From the NCBI RefSeq assembly GCF_009914755.1, contig NC_060948.1: DNA of 64,000 bases; one strand, 5' to 3'. The position numbers were made by a program, and so were the translations under genes. Source of the stretch: the human T2T-CHM13v2.0 reference genome, Homo sapiens. The notes under the pieces are model-generated. The model searched no databases and was not told the DNA's origin. It saw nothing but the letters and a program-made list of their open reading frames with translations. This document shows positions 43,248 through 57,498 of the stretch, piece by piece (position 1 is the stretch's first letter; every line of letters begins with the position of its first letter).

Positions 43248-46200
43248 ATGGAGTCAAATGGAATGGTCTGGAATGGAATGAACACGAATGTAATGCAATC
43301 CAATAGAATGGAATCGAATGGCATGGAATATAAAGAAATGGATACGAAGAGAATGGAAACAAATGGAATGGAATTGAATGGAATGGAATTGAATGGAATG
43401 GGAACGAATGGAGTGAAATTGTATGCAGTAGAAGGGAATAGAATGGAATGCAAGCGAAAGGAAAGGAATGGATTGGAATGGAATGGAATTCATTGGAATG
43501 GAAGGGAATGTAGTGTAATGGACAGGCCTGGAATAAAGTGGAATGCTACGGTCTCGAATGGAATAAAAATGTATGGAATGGAATGCAATGAAACGGAATC
43601 GAATGTCATAGAATGTAATGGAATGCAACAAAATGGAATCCAAAATCATTGACTGGAAAGGCTGGGTGTCGAAAGGAATTGACTCCAATGGAATGGAATC
43701 GAATGGAATGGAAGTGAATAGAATCGAACTAAATCGAATGGAATGGAATTGATAGGAACGGAATGGAAAGGAATGCAATGATTTGGCATGGAATGGAATC
43801 GAATGGCATCGAATGGAATGGAATGGAATGCAATGGAATGGAATGTATTAGAATGTAATGAACTTTAATGGAATGTACTCGAATGGATTCGACTGGAATG
43901 GAATGTTCTGGAAGTGAATGGACTCCAATGGAATGGATTCAAAAGGAATGGAATCGTACGGAATGGAATCTAATGGAATGGAATTAAATGGAAATGAATC
44001 AAATTGAATAGCACGGAATTGAATTGAATGGAATGGAATGCAATGGAATCTAATGAAACGGAAAGGAAAGGAATGGAATGGAATGGAATGGGCTGGAATG
44101 GAAAGGAATCGAAACGAATGGAATGGAATCGAACTGAAGAGACTGGAATGGAATGCACTGGAATGGAAGGGAGTGTAATGGAAGGTTCTCGAAAAAAATG
44201 GAATCGAATGGAATGGAATTGAATGGAACGGAATAGAGTCGAATGGAATTGAATGGAATGGAATGGACTAGAGTGAAATGGAATCGAACCACAAGGAATG
44301 GAGAGGAATAGAATGGTCTCGAATTGAATGGAATCATATGGAATGGCATCAAACGGAATGGAATGGACAGCCACGGAATGGAATGCACTCGAATGCAATG
44401 GAGTCGAAACTAATGGACTGGAATAGAATGGACTCGACTGGTACGGACTCCAATGGAATGGAATCGAATGGAAGGGAATCGAACGGAATGGACTCGAAGG
44501 GAAAAGACTGCAATGGAAAGGTCTCGAATGGAATGGAAATTAATGGAATGGAATGGAATCGAATGAAATGGAGTCAAAAGGAATGGAATCGAATGGCAAG
44601 AAATCGAATGTAATGGAATCGCAAGGAATTGATGTGAACGGAACGGAATGGAATGGAATCCAAAGGAATGGAATAGAATGGAATGGAATCGAATGGAAAG
44701 GACTCGAATGGAAATCACTCGAATAGAATGCAATTTAATAAAATAGGATCAAATATAATGGAATGGAATGGAAAGGAATCGAAACGAAAGGAATGGAGAC
44801 AGATGGAATGGAATAGAACAGAGAGCAATGGTATAGAATGGAATGGAATCATCTGGAATGGAATTGAATGGAATGGAATAATATGAAATGGAATGGAATG
44901 GAATGGAATGGAATGCCCTTGAATTAAATGGACTGGAATGGAAAGGACTCGAACAGAGTGGAATGGAAAGTGTTGAGATAGAATGGAATGGACTCCTTTG
45001 GAATGGTGTAGTATGCAATGCAATCGACTGGCAGGGAATCAAAAGGAATGTAATCGAATGGATTGGACTGGAATGCAATGGACTCGAATAGATTGCAAAC
45101 AGAATGCAAAGGAATGGAATGGAATAGTATGGAATGGAATGGAAAGGAATGGAGTGGAATAGACTAGAGTGGAATGGAATGGACTGGAAAGCAATGGACT
45201 GGAATGGAACTTTCTTGAATGGACTGGAATCAAACGGAATGGAATGCAATGCAATCAAATGGCATGGAATAAAATAGAATGAAAGAGAATCAAATGGAAT
45301 TGAATCGAATGGAATCGAATGGATTGGAAAGGAATAGAATGGAATGGAATGGAATTGACTCAAATGGAATGGACTAGAATGGAATGGATTCGAATGGAAG
45401 GCAAAGGAATGGAATCTATTGGAATGGACTGTAATGGAATGGAATGGAAGGGATTGGAATGGACTCGAATGGAATGGACTGCAATAGAAAGGATTCGAAT
45501 GGAATGAAAAAGAATTGAATGGAATAGAACAGAATGGAATCTAATCGAATGAAATGGAATGGAATAGAAAGGAATGGAATGAAATGGAATGGAAAGGATT
45601 CGAATGGAATGCAATCGAATGGAATGGAATCGAACGGAATGGAATAAAATGGAAGAAAACTGGCAAGAAATGGAATCGAAATGAATGGAGTGTTATGGAA
45701 CGGACTCAAAAGGAATTGAATGTAATAGAATGGAGTGGAGTGGACTCGAATATAATGGACTGGAATGGAATGAAATCACATGGAATGGGAACGAATGGAA
45801 TGGAATGGAAAGGAATGGAATCGAATGGAAAGGAATCGAATGGAAGGGAATGAAATTGAATCAACAGGAATGGAAGGGAATAGAATAGACGGTAATGGAA
45901 TGGACTCGAATAGAATGGACACGAATGCTCAAATTGAATGGACTCGAATGGAATGGAAACGAAAGGAATGTCATCGAATGGAATTGAATCGATTGGAATG
46001 AAATCGCATAGAATGGAGTGGAATCAAATGGAATTGAATCGAAAGGAAAGGAAGCGAATGGACTGAAATGAAATGGAATGGAATTGAATGGAAAGTAATG
46101 CAATGGAATAGAATGGAACGAAATTTCACGGAATGGAATCAAACTGAATGGAATCAAATCAATGGAATCAAATCAAATGGAATGGAAAGGAATTGAATGG

Positions 46201-46816
46201 AGTAGATTGGATTGGATGGGATTGGAATGAAATGTACTGGAAAGGACTCGAATTTCATGAAACGGAATGGAATGAATTGGAACGGAATGGACTCGAATGG
46301 AATGGAATGTCATGGAATGGCATCAAATGGAATGGCATCAAATGGAATGGAATCGAATGCAATGGAATGCTATGGAATGGAATGGAATGCATTGGAATGG
46401 AATGTCCTCTAATGGAATGGATTCGAGTGGAATGGAATCGAATATAATGGAGTCGAATGAAATGGAATTGAAAGGAATGGGATCGAATACAATGGAATAT
46501 ACTGGAATGTAATGTAATGAACTCGAATGTAATTGACTGGAATGGAATGTACATGAATGGAATGTAATCGAATGGAAAGTAATCCAATGGAATAGAATCT
46601 AATGCAATAAAATCGACTCAGATAGAGTAGAATGTAATGGAATGGAGTGCAGTGAAATGGAATGGAATGGAATGGAATGCAATGGAATGGAATGGAATGG
46701 AATGGAATGGAATGGAATGGAATGGAATGGGATGGAATGGTATGGAATGGATAGTAATGGACTGGAGTGAAATGGACTGGAAAGGAATGGACTCAAATTG
46801 AAAGGGCTCGAAAGGA
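43248..46816 (+). repeat. Unit U13 (3569 bp), subtype A
   Basis: GATACGAAGA (43341), GAATCATATG (44331), AAATATAATG (44751), GATTGCAAAC (45091). Confidence 0.9.
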
Positions 46817-49800
46817 ATGGAGTCAAATGGAATGGTCTGGAATGGAATGAACACGAATGTAATGCAATCCAATAGAATGGAATCGAATGGCATGGAATAT
46901 AAAGAAATGGATTCGAAGAGAATGGAAACAAATGGAATGGAATTGAATGGAATGGAATTGAATGGAATGGGAACGAATGGAGTGAAATTGTATGCAGTAG
47001 AAGGGAATAGAATGGAATGCAAGCGAAAGGAAAGGAATGGATTGGAATGGAATGGAATTCATTGGAATGGAAGGGAATGTAGTGTAATGGACAGGCCTGG
47101 AATAAAGTGGAATGCTACGGTCTCGAATGGAATAAAAATGTATGGAATGGAATACAAAGAAACGGAATCGAATGTCATAGAATGTAATGGAATGCAACAA
47201 AATGGAATCCAAAATCATTGACTGGAAAGGCTGGGTGTCGAAAGGAATTGACTCCAATGGAATGGAATCGAATGGAATGGAAGTGAATAGAATCGAACTA
47301 AATCGAATGGAATGGAATTGATAGGAACGGAATGGAAAGGAATGCAATGATTTGGCATGGAATGGAATCGAATGGCATCGAATGGAATGGAATGGAATGC
47401 AATGGAATGGAATGTATTAGAATGTAATGAACTTTAATGGAATGTACTCGAATGGATTCGACTGGAATGGAATGTTCTGGAAGTGAATGGACTCCAATGG
47501 AATGGATTCAAAAGGAATGGAATCGTACGGAATGGAATCTAATGGAATGGAATTAAATGGAAATGAATCAAATTGAATAGCACGGAATTGAATTGAATGG
47601 AATGGAATGCAATGGAATCTAATGAAACGGAAAGGAAAGGAATGGAATGGAATGGAATGGGCTGGAATGGAAAGGAATCGAAACGAATGGAATGGAATCG
47701 AACTGAAGAGACTGGAATGGAATGCACTGGAATGGAAGGGAGTGTAATGGAAGGTTCTCGAAAAAAATGGAATCGAATGGAATGGAATTGAATGGAACGG
47801 AATAGAGTCGAATGGAATTGAATGGAATGGAATGGACTAGAGTGAAATGGAATCAAACCACAAGGAATGGAGAGGAATAGAATGGTCTCGAATTGAATGG
47901 AATCGTATGGAATGGCATCAAACGGAATGGAATGGACAGCCACGGAATGGAATGCACTCGAATGCAATGGAGTCGAAACTAATGGACTGGAATAGAATGG
48001 ACTCGACTGGTACGGACTCCAATGGAATGGAATCGAATGGAAGGGAATCGAACGGAATGGACTCGAAGGGAAAAGACTGCAATGGAAAGGTCTCGAATGG
48101 AATGGAAATTAATGGAATGGAATGGAATCGAATGAAATGGAGTCAAAAGGAATGGAATCGAATGGCAAGAAATCGAATGTAATGGAATCGCAAGGAATTG
48201 ATGTGAACGGAACGGAATGGAATGGAATCCAAAGGAATGGAATAGAATGGAATGGAATCGAATGGAAAGGACTCGAATGGAAATCACTCGAATAGAATGC
48301 AATTTAATAAAATAGGATCAAATGTAATGGAATGGAATGGAAAGGAATCGAAACGAAAGGAATGGAGACAGATGGAATGGAATAGAACAGAGAGCAATGG
48401 TATGGAATGGAATGGAATCATCTGGAATGGAATTGAATGGAATGGAATAATATGAAATGGAATGGAATGGAATGGAATGGAATGGAATGCCCTTGAATTA
48501 AATGGACTGGAATGGAATGGACTCGAACAGAGTGGAATGGAAAGTGTTGAGATAGAATGGAATGGACTCCTTTGGAATGGTGTAGTATGCAATGCAATCG
48601 ACTGGCAGGGAATCAAAAGGAATGTAATGGAATTGACTGGACTGGAATGCAATGGACTCGAATAGATTGGAAACGGAATGCAAAGAAATGGAATGGAATA
48701 GTATGGAATGGAATGGAAAGGAATGGAGTGGAATAGACTACAGTGGAATGGAATGGACTGGAAAGCAATGGACTGGAATGGAACTTTCTTGAATGGACTG
48801 GAATCAAACGGAATGGAATGCAATGCAATCAAATGGCATGGAATAAAATAGAATGAAAGAGAATCAAATGGAATTGAATCGAATGGAATCGAATGGATTG
48901 GAAAGGAATAGAATGGAATGGAATGGAATTGACTCAAATGGAATGGACTAGAATGGAATGGATTCGAATGGAAGGCAAAGGAATGGAATCTATTGGAATG
49001 GACTGTAATGGAATGGAATGGAAGGGATTGGAATGGACTCGAATGGAATGGACTGCAATAGAAAGGATTCGAATGGAATGAAAAAGAATTGAATGGAATA
49101 GAACAGAATGGAATCAAATCGAATGAAATGGAATGGAATAGAAAGGAATGGAATGAAATGGAATGGAAAGGATTCGAATGGAATGCAATCGAATGGAATG
49201 GAATCGAACGGAATGGAATAAAATGGAAGAAAACTGGCAAGAAATGGAATCGAAATGAATGGAGTGTTATGGAACGGACTCAAAAGGAATTGAATGTAAT
49301 AGAATGGAGTGGAGTGGACTCGAATATAATGGACTGGAATGGAATGAAATCACATGGAATGGGAACGAATGGAATGGAATGGAAAGGAATGGAATCGAAT
49401 GGAAAGGAATCGAATGGAAGGGAATGAAATTGAATCAACAGGAATGGAAGGGAATAGAATAGACGGTAATGGAATGGACTCGAATAGAATGGACACGAAT
49501 GCTCAAATTGAATGGACTCGAATGGAATGGAAACGAAAGGAATGTCATCGAATGGAATTGAATCGATTGGAATGAAATCGCATAGAATGGAGTGGAATCA
49601 AATGGAATTGAATCGAAAGGAAAGGAAGCGAATGGACTGAAATGAAATGGAATGGAATTGAATGGAAAGTAATGCAATGGAATAGAATGGAACGAAATTT
49701 CACGGAATGGAATCAAACTGAATGGAATCAAATCAATGGAATCAAATCAAATGGAATGGAAAGGAATTGAATGGAGTAGATTGGATTGGATGGGATTGGA

Positions 49801-50385
49801 ATGAAATGTACTGGAAAGGACTCGAATTTCATGAAACGGAATGGAATGAATTGGAACGGAATGGACTCGAATGGAATGGAATGTCATGGAATGGCATCAA
49901 ATGGAATGGCATCAAATGGAATGGAATCGAATGCAATGGAATGCTATGGAATGGAATGGAATGCATTGGAATGGAATGTCCTCTAATGGAATGGATTCGA
50001 GTGGAATGGAATCGAATATAATGGAGTCGAATGAAATGGAATTGAAAGGAATGGGATCGAATACAATGGAATATACTGGAATGTAATGTAATGAACTCGA
50101 ATGTAATTGACTGGAATGGAATGTACATGAATGGAATGTAATCGAATGGAAAGTAATCCAATGGAATAGAATCTAATGCAATAAAATCGACTCAGATAGA
50201 GTAGAATGTAATGGAATGGAGTGCAGTGCAATGGAATGGAATGGAATGGAATGCAATTGAATGGAATGGAATGGAATGGAATGGAATGGAATGGAATGGG
50301 ATGGAATGGTATGGAATGGATAGTAATGGACTGGAGTGAAATGGACTGGAAAGGAATGGACTCAAATTGAAAGGGCTCGAAAGGA
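46817..50385 (+). repeat. Unit U14 (3569 bp), subtype C
   Basis: ATTCGAAGAG (46911), AATACAAAGA (47151), AATCAAACCA (47851); extra pentamer before GCCCTT. Confidence 0.9.
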
Positions 50386-53300
50386 ATGGAGTCAAATGGA
50401 ATGGTCTGGAATGGAATGAACACGAATGTAATGCAATCCAATAGAATGGAATCGAATGGCATGGAATATAAAGAAATGGAATCGGAGAGAATGGAAACAA
50501 ATGGAATGGAATTGAATGGAATGGAATTGAATGGAATGGGAACGAATGGAGTGAAATTGTATGCAGTAGAAGGGAATAGAATGGAATGCAAGCGAAAGGA
50601 AAGGAATGGATTGGAATGGAATGGAATTCATTGGAATGGAAGGGAATGTAGTGTAATGGACAGGCCTGGAATAAAGTGGAATGCTACGGTCTCGAATGGA
50701 ATAAAAATGTATGGAATGGAATGCAATGAAATGGAATCGAATGTCATAGAATGAAATGGAATGCAACAAAATGGAATCCAAAATCATTGACTGGAAAGGC
50801 TGGGTGTCGAAAGGAATTGACTCCAATGGAATGGAATCGAATGGAATGGAAGTGAATAGAATCGAACTAAATCGAATGGAATGGAATTGATAGGAACGGA
50901 ATGGAAAGGAATGCAATGATTTGGCATGGAATGGAATCGAATGGCATCGAATGGAATGGAATGGAATGCAATGGAATGGAATGTATTAGAATGTAATGAA
51001 CTTTAATGGAATGTACTCGAATGGATTCGACTGGAATGGAATGTTCTGGAAGTGAATGGACTCCAATGGAATGGATTCCAAAGGAATGGAATCGTACGGA
51101 ATGGAATCTAATGGAATGGAATTAAATGGAAATGAATCAAATTGAATAGCACGGAATTGAATTGAATGGAATGGAATGCAATGGAATCTAATGAAACGGA
51201 AAGGAAAGGAATGGAATGGAATGGAATGGGCTGGAATGGAAAGGAATCGAAACGAATGGAATGGAATCGAACTGAAGAGACTGGAATGGAATGCACTGGA
51301 ATGGAAGGGAGTGTAATGGAAGGTTCTCGAAAAAAATGGAATCGAATGGAATGGAATTGAATGGAACGGAATAGAGTCGAATGGAATTGAATGGAATGGA
51401 ATGGACTAGAGTGAAATGGAATCGAACCACAAGGAATGGACAGGAATAGAATGGTCTCGAATTGAATGGAATCGTATGGAATGGCATCAAACGGAATGGA
51501 ATGGACAGCCACGGAATGGAATGCACTCGAATGCAATGGAGTCGAAACTAATGGACTGGAATAGAATGGACTCGACTGGTACGGACTCCAATGGAATGGA
51601 ATCGAATGGAAGGGAATCGAACGGAATGGACTCGAAGGGAAAAGACTGCAATGGAAAGGTCTCGAATGGAATGGAAATTAATGGAATGGAATGGAATCGA
51701 ATGAAATGGAGTCAAAAGGAATGGAATCGAATGGCAAGAAATCGAATGTAATGGAATCGCAAGGAATTGATGTGAACGGAACGGAATGGAATGGAATCCA
51801 AAGGAATGGAATAGAATGGAATGGAATCGAATGGAAAGGACTCGAATGGAAATCACTCGAATAGAATGCAATTTAATAAAATAGGATCAAATGTAATGGA
51901 ATGGAATGGAAAGGAATCGAAACGAAAGGAATGGAGACAGATGGAATGGAATGGAACAGAGAGCAATGGTATAGAATGGAATGGAATCATCTGGAATGGA
52001 ATTGAATGGAATGGAATAATATGAAATGGAATGGAATGGAATGGAATGGAATGGAATGCCCTTGAATTAAATGGACTGGAATGGAATGGACTCGAACAGA
52101 GTGGAATGGAAAGTGTTGAGATAGAATGGAATGGACTCCTTTGGAATGGTGTAGTATGCAATGCAATCGACTGGCAGGGAATCAAAAGGAATGTAATGGA
52201 ATGGACTGGACTGGAATGCAATGGACTCGAATAGATTGGAAACGGAATGCAAAGAAATGGAATGGAATAGTATGGAATGGAATGGAAAGGAATGGAGTGG
52301 AATAGACTAGAGTGGAATGGAATGGACTGGAAAGCAATGGACTGGAATGGAACTTTCTTGAATGGACTGGAATCAAACGGAATGGAATGCAATGCAATCA
52401 AATGGCATGGAATAAAATAGAATGAAAGAGAATCAAATGGAATTGAATCGAATGGAATCGAATGGATTGGAAAGGAATAGAATGGAATGGAATGGAATTG
52501 ACTCAAATGGAATGGACTAGAATGGAATGGATTCGAATGGAAGGCAAAGGAATGGAATCTATTGGAATGGACTGTAATGGAATGGAATGGAAGGGATTGG
52601 AATGGACTCGAATGGAATGGACTGCAATAGAAAGGATTCGAATGGAATGAAAAAGAATTGAATGGAATAGAACAGAATGGAATCAAATCGAATGAAATGG
52701 AATGGAATAGAAAGGAATGGAATGAAATGGAATGGAAAGGATTCGAATGGAATGCAATCGAATGGAATGGAATCGAACGGAATGGAATAAAATGGAAGAA
52801 AACTGGCAAGAAATGGAATCGAAATGAATGGAGTGTTATGGAACGGACTCAAAAGGAATTGAATGTAATAGAATGGAGTGGAGTGGACTCGAATATAATG
52901 GACTGGAATGGAATGAAATCACATGGAATGGGAACGAATGGAATGGAATGGAAAGGAATGGAATCGAATGGAAAGGAATCGAATGGAAGGGAATGAAATT
53001 GAATCAACAGGAATGGAAGGGAATAGAATAGACGGTAATGGAATGGACTCGAATAGAATGGACACGAATGCTCAAATTGAATGGACTCGAATGGAATGGA
53101 AACGAAAGGAATGTCATCGAATGGAATTGAATCGATTGCAATGAAATCGCATAGAATGGAGTGGAATCAAATGGAATTGAATCGAAAGGAAAGGAAGCGA
53201 ATGGACTGAAATGAAATGGAATGGAATTGAATGGAAAGTAATGCAATGGAATAGAATGGAACGAAATTTCACAGAATGGAATCAAACTGAATGGAATCAA

Positions 53301-53949
53301 ACCAATGGAAACAAATCAAATGGAATGGAAAGGAATTGAATGGAGTAGATTGGATTGGATGGGATTGGAATGAAATGTACTGGAAAGGACTCGAATTTCA
53401 TGAAACGGAATGGAATGAATTGGAACGGAATGGACTCGAATGGAATGGAATGTCATGGAATGGCATCAAATGGAATGGCATCAAATGGAATAGAATCGAA
53501 TGCAATGGAATGCTATGGAATGGAATGGAATGCATTGGAATGGAATGTCCTCTAATGGAATGGATTCGAGTGGAATGGAATCGAATATAATGGAGTCGAA
53601 TGAAATGGAATTGAAAGGAATGGAATCGAATACAATGGAATATACTGGAATGTAATGTAATGAACTCGAATGTAATTGACTGGAATGGAATGTACATGAA
53701 TGGAATGTAATCGAATGGAAAGTAATCCAATGGAATAGAATCTAATGCAATAAAATCGACTCAGATAGAGTAGAATGTAATGGAATGGAGTGCAGTGCAA
53801 TGGAATGGAATGGAATGGAATGCAATTGAACGGAATGGAATGGAATGGAATGGAATGGAATGGGATGGAATGGTATGGAATGGATAGTAATGGACTGGAG
53901 TGAAATGGACTGGAAAGGAATGGACTCAAATTGAAAGGGCTCGAAAGGA
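50386..53949 (+). repeat. Unit U15 (3564 bp), subtype F
   Basis: CATAGAATGAAATGG (~50750) and extra pentamer (~52025), as in U6. Confidence 0.9.
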
Positions 53950-56900
53950 ATGGAGTCAAATGGAATGGTCTGGAATGGAATGAACACGAATGTAATGCAA
54001 TCCAATAGAATGGAATCGAATGGCATGGAATATAAAGAAATGGAATCGGAGAGAATGGAAACAAATGGAATGGAATTGAATGGAATGGAATTGAATGGAA
54101 TGGGAACGAATGGAGTGAAATTGTATGCAGTAGAAGGGAAAAGAATGGAATGCAAGCGAAAGGAAAGGAATGGATTGGAATGGAATGGAATTCATTGGAA
54201 TGGAAGGGAATGTAGTGTAATGGACAGGCCTGGAATAAAGTGGAATGCTACGGTCTCGAATGGAATAAAAATGTATGGAATGGAATGCAATGAAATGGAA
54301 TCGAATGTCATAGAATGTAATGGAATGCAACAAAATGGAATCCAAAATCATTGACTGGAAAGGCTGGGTGTCGAAAGGAATTGACTCCAATGGAATGGAA
54401 TCGAATGGAATGGAAGTGAATAGAATCGAACTAAATCGAATGGAATGGAATTGATAGGAACGGAATGGAAAGGAATGCAATGATTTGGCATGGAATGGAA
54501 TCGAATGGCATCGAATGGAATGGAATGGAATGCAATGGAATGGAATGTATTAGAATGTAATGAACTTTAATGGAATGTACTCGAATGGATTCGACTGGAA
54601 TGGAATGTTCTGGAAGTGAATGGACTCCAATGGAATAGATTCCAAAGGAATGGAATCGTACGGAATGGAATCTAATGGAATGGAATTAAATGGAAATGAA
54701 TCAAATTGAATAGCACGGAATTGAATTGAATGGAATGGAATGCAATGGAATCTAATGAAACGGAAAGGAAAGGAATGGAATGGAATGGAATGGGCTGGAA
54801 TGGAAAGGAATCGAAACGAATGGAATGGAATCGAACTGAAGAGACTGGAATGGAATGCACTGGAATGGAAGGGAGTGTAATGGAAGGTTCTCGAAAAAAA
54901 TGGAATCGAATGGAATGGAATTGAATGGAACGGAATAGAGTCGAATGGAATTGAATGGAATGGAATGGACTAGAGTGATATGGAATCGAACCACAAGGAA
55001 TGGAGAGGAATAGAATGGTCTCGAATTGAATGGAATCGAATGGAGTGGCATCAAACGGAATGGAATGGACAGCCACGGAATGGAATGCACTCGAATGCAA
55101 TGGAGTCGAAACTAATGGACTGGAATAGAATGGACTCGACTGGTACGGACTCCAATGGAATGGAATCGAATGGAAGGGAATCGAACGGAATGGACTCGAA
55201 GGGAAAAGACTGCAATGGAAAGGTCTCGAATGGAATGGAAATTAATGGAATGGAATGGAATCGAATGAAATGGAGTCAAAAGGAATGGAATCGAATGGCA
55301 ACAAATCGAATGTAATGGAATCGCAAGGAATTGACGTGAAAGGAACGGAATGGAATGGAATCCAAAGGAATGGAATAGAATGGAATGGAATCGAATGGAA
55401 AGGACTCGAATGGAAATCACTCGAATAGAATGCAATTTAATAAAATAGGATCAAATGTAATGGAATGGAATGGAAAGGAATCGAAACGAAAGGAATGGAG
55501 ACAGATGGAATGGAATGGAACAGAGAGCAATGGTATAGAATGGAATGGAATCATCTGGAATGGAATTGAATGGAATGGAATAATATGAAATGGAATGGAA
55601 TGGAATGGAATGGAATGCCCTTGAATTAAATGGACTGGAATGGAATGGACTCGAACAGAGTGGAATGGAAAGTGTTGAGATAGAATGGAATGGACTCCTT
55701 TGGAATGGTGTAGTATGCAATGCAATCGACTGGCAGGGAATCAAAAGGAATGTAATGGAATGGACTGGACTGGAATGCAATGGACTCGAATAGATTGGAA
55801 ACGGAATGCAAAGAAATGGAATGGAATAGTATGGAATGGAATGGAAAGGAATGGAGTGGAATAGACTAGAGTGGAATGGAATGGACTGGAAAGCAATGGA
55901 CTGGAATGGAACTTTCTTGAATGGACTGGAATCAAACGGAATGGAATGCAATGCAATCAAATGGCATGGAATAAAATAGAATGAAAGAGAATCAAATGGA
56001 ATTGAATCGAATGGAATCGAATGGATTGGAAAGGAATAGAATGGAATGGAATGGAATGGACTCAAATGGAATGGACTAGAATGGAATGGATTCGAATGGA
56101 AGGCAAAGGAATGGAATCTACTGGAATGGACTGTAATGGAATGGAATGGAAGGGATTGGAATGGACTCGAATGGAATGGACTGCAATAGAAAGGATTCGA
56201 ATGGAATGAAAAAGAATTGAATGGAATAGAACAGAATGGAATCAAATCGAATGAAATGGAATGGAATAGAAAGGAATGGAATGAAATGGAATGGAAAGGA
56301 TTCGAATGGAATGCAATCGAATGGAATGGAATCGAACGGAATGGAATAAAATGGAAGAAAACTGGCAAGAAATGGAATCGAAATGAATGGAGTGTTATGG
56401 AACGGACTCAAAAGGAATTGAATGTAATAGAATGGAGTGGAGTGGACTCGAATATAATGGACTGGAATGGAATGAAATCACATGGAATGGGAACGAATGG
56501 AATGGAATGGAAAGGAATGGAATCGAATGGAAAGGAATCGAATGGAAGGGAATGAAATTGAATCAACAGGAATGGAAGGGAATAGAATAGACGGTAATGG
56601 AATGGACTCGAATAGAATGGACACGAATGCTCAAATTAAATGGACTCGAATGGAATGGAAACGAAAGGAATGTCATCGAATGGAATTGAATCGATTGGAA
56701 TGAAATCGCATAGAATGGAGTGGAATCAAATGGAATTGAATCGAAAGGAAAGGAAGCGAATAGACTGAAATGAAATGGAATGGAATTGAATGGAAAGTAA
56801 TGCAATGGAATAGAATGGAACGAAATTTCACGGAATGGAATCAAACTGAATGGAATCAAATCAATGGAATCAAATCAAATGGAATGGAAAGGAATTGAAT

Positions 56901-57498
56901 GGAGTAGATTGGATTGGATGGGATTGGAATGAAATGTACTGGAAAGGACTCGAATTTCATGAAACGGAATGGAATGAATTGGAACGGAATGGACTCGAAT
57001 GGAATGGAATGTCATGGAATGGCATCAAATGGAATGGAATCGAATGCAATGGAATGCTATGGAATGGAATGGAATGCATTGGAATGGAATGTCCTCTAAT
57101 GAAATGGATTCGAGTGGAATGGAATCGAATATAATGGAGTCGAATGAAATGGAATTGAAAGGAATGGGATCGAATAGAATGGAATATACTGGAATGTAAT
57201 GTAATGAACTCGAATGTAATTGACTGGAATGGAATGTACATGAATGGAATGTAATCGAATGGAAAGTAATCCAATGGAATAGAATCTAATGCAATAAAAC
57301 CGACTCAGATAGAGTAGAATGTAATGGAATGGAGTGCAGTGCAATGGAAGGGAATGGAATTGAATGCAATGGAATGGAATGGAATGGAATGGAATGGAAT
57401 GGAATGGAATGGGATGGAATGGTATGGAATGGATAGTAATGGACTGGAGTGAAATGGACTGGAAAGGAATGGACTCAAATTGAAAGGGCTCGAAAGGA
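53950..57498 (+). repeat. Unit U16 (3549 bp), subtype D
   Basis: D markers; TCTACTGG (~56117) and CAAATTAAAT (~56632) as in U7; TTGACGTG (55331); 15-bp deletion near 57020. Confidence 0.9.
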
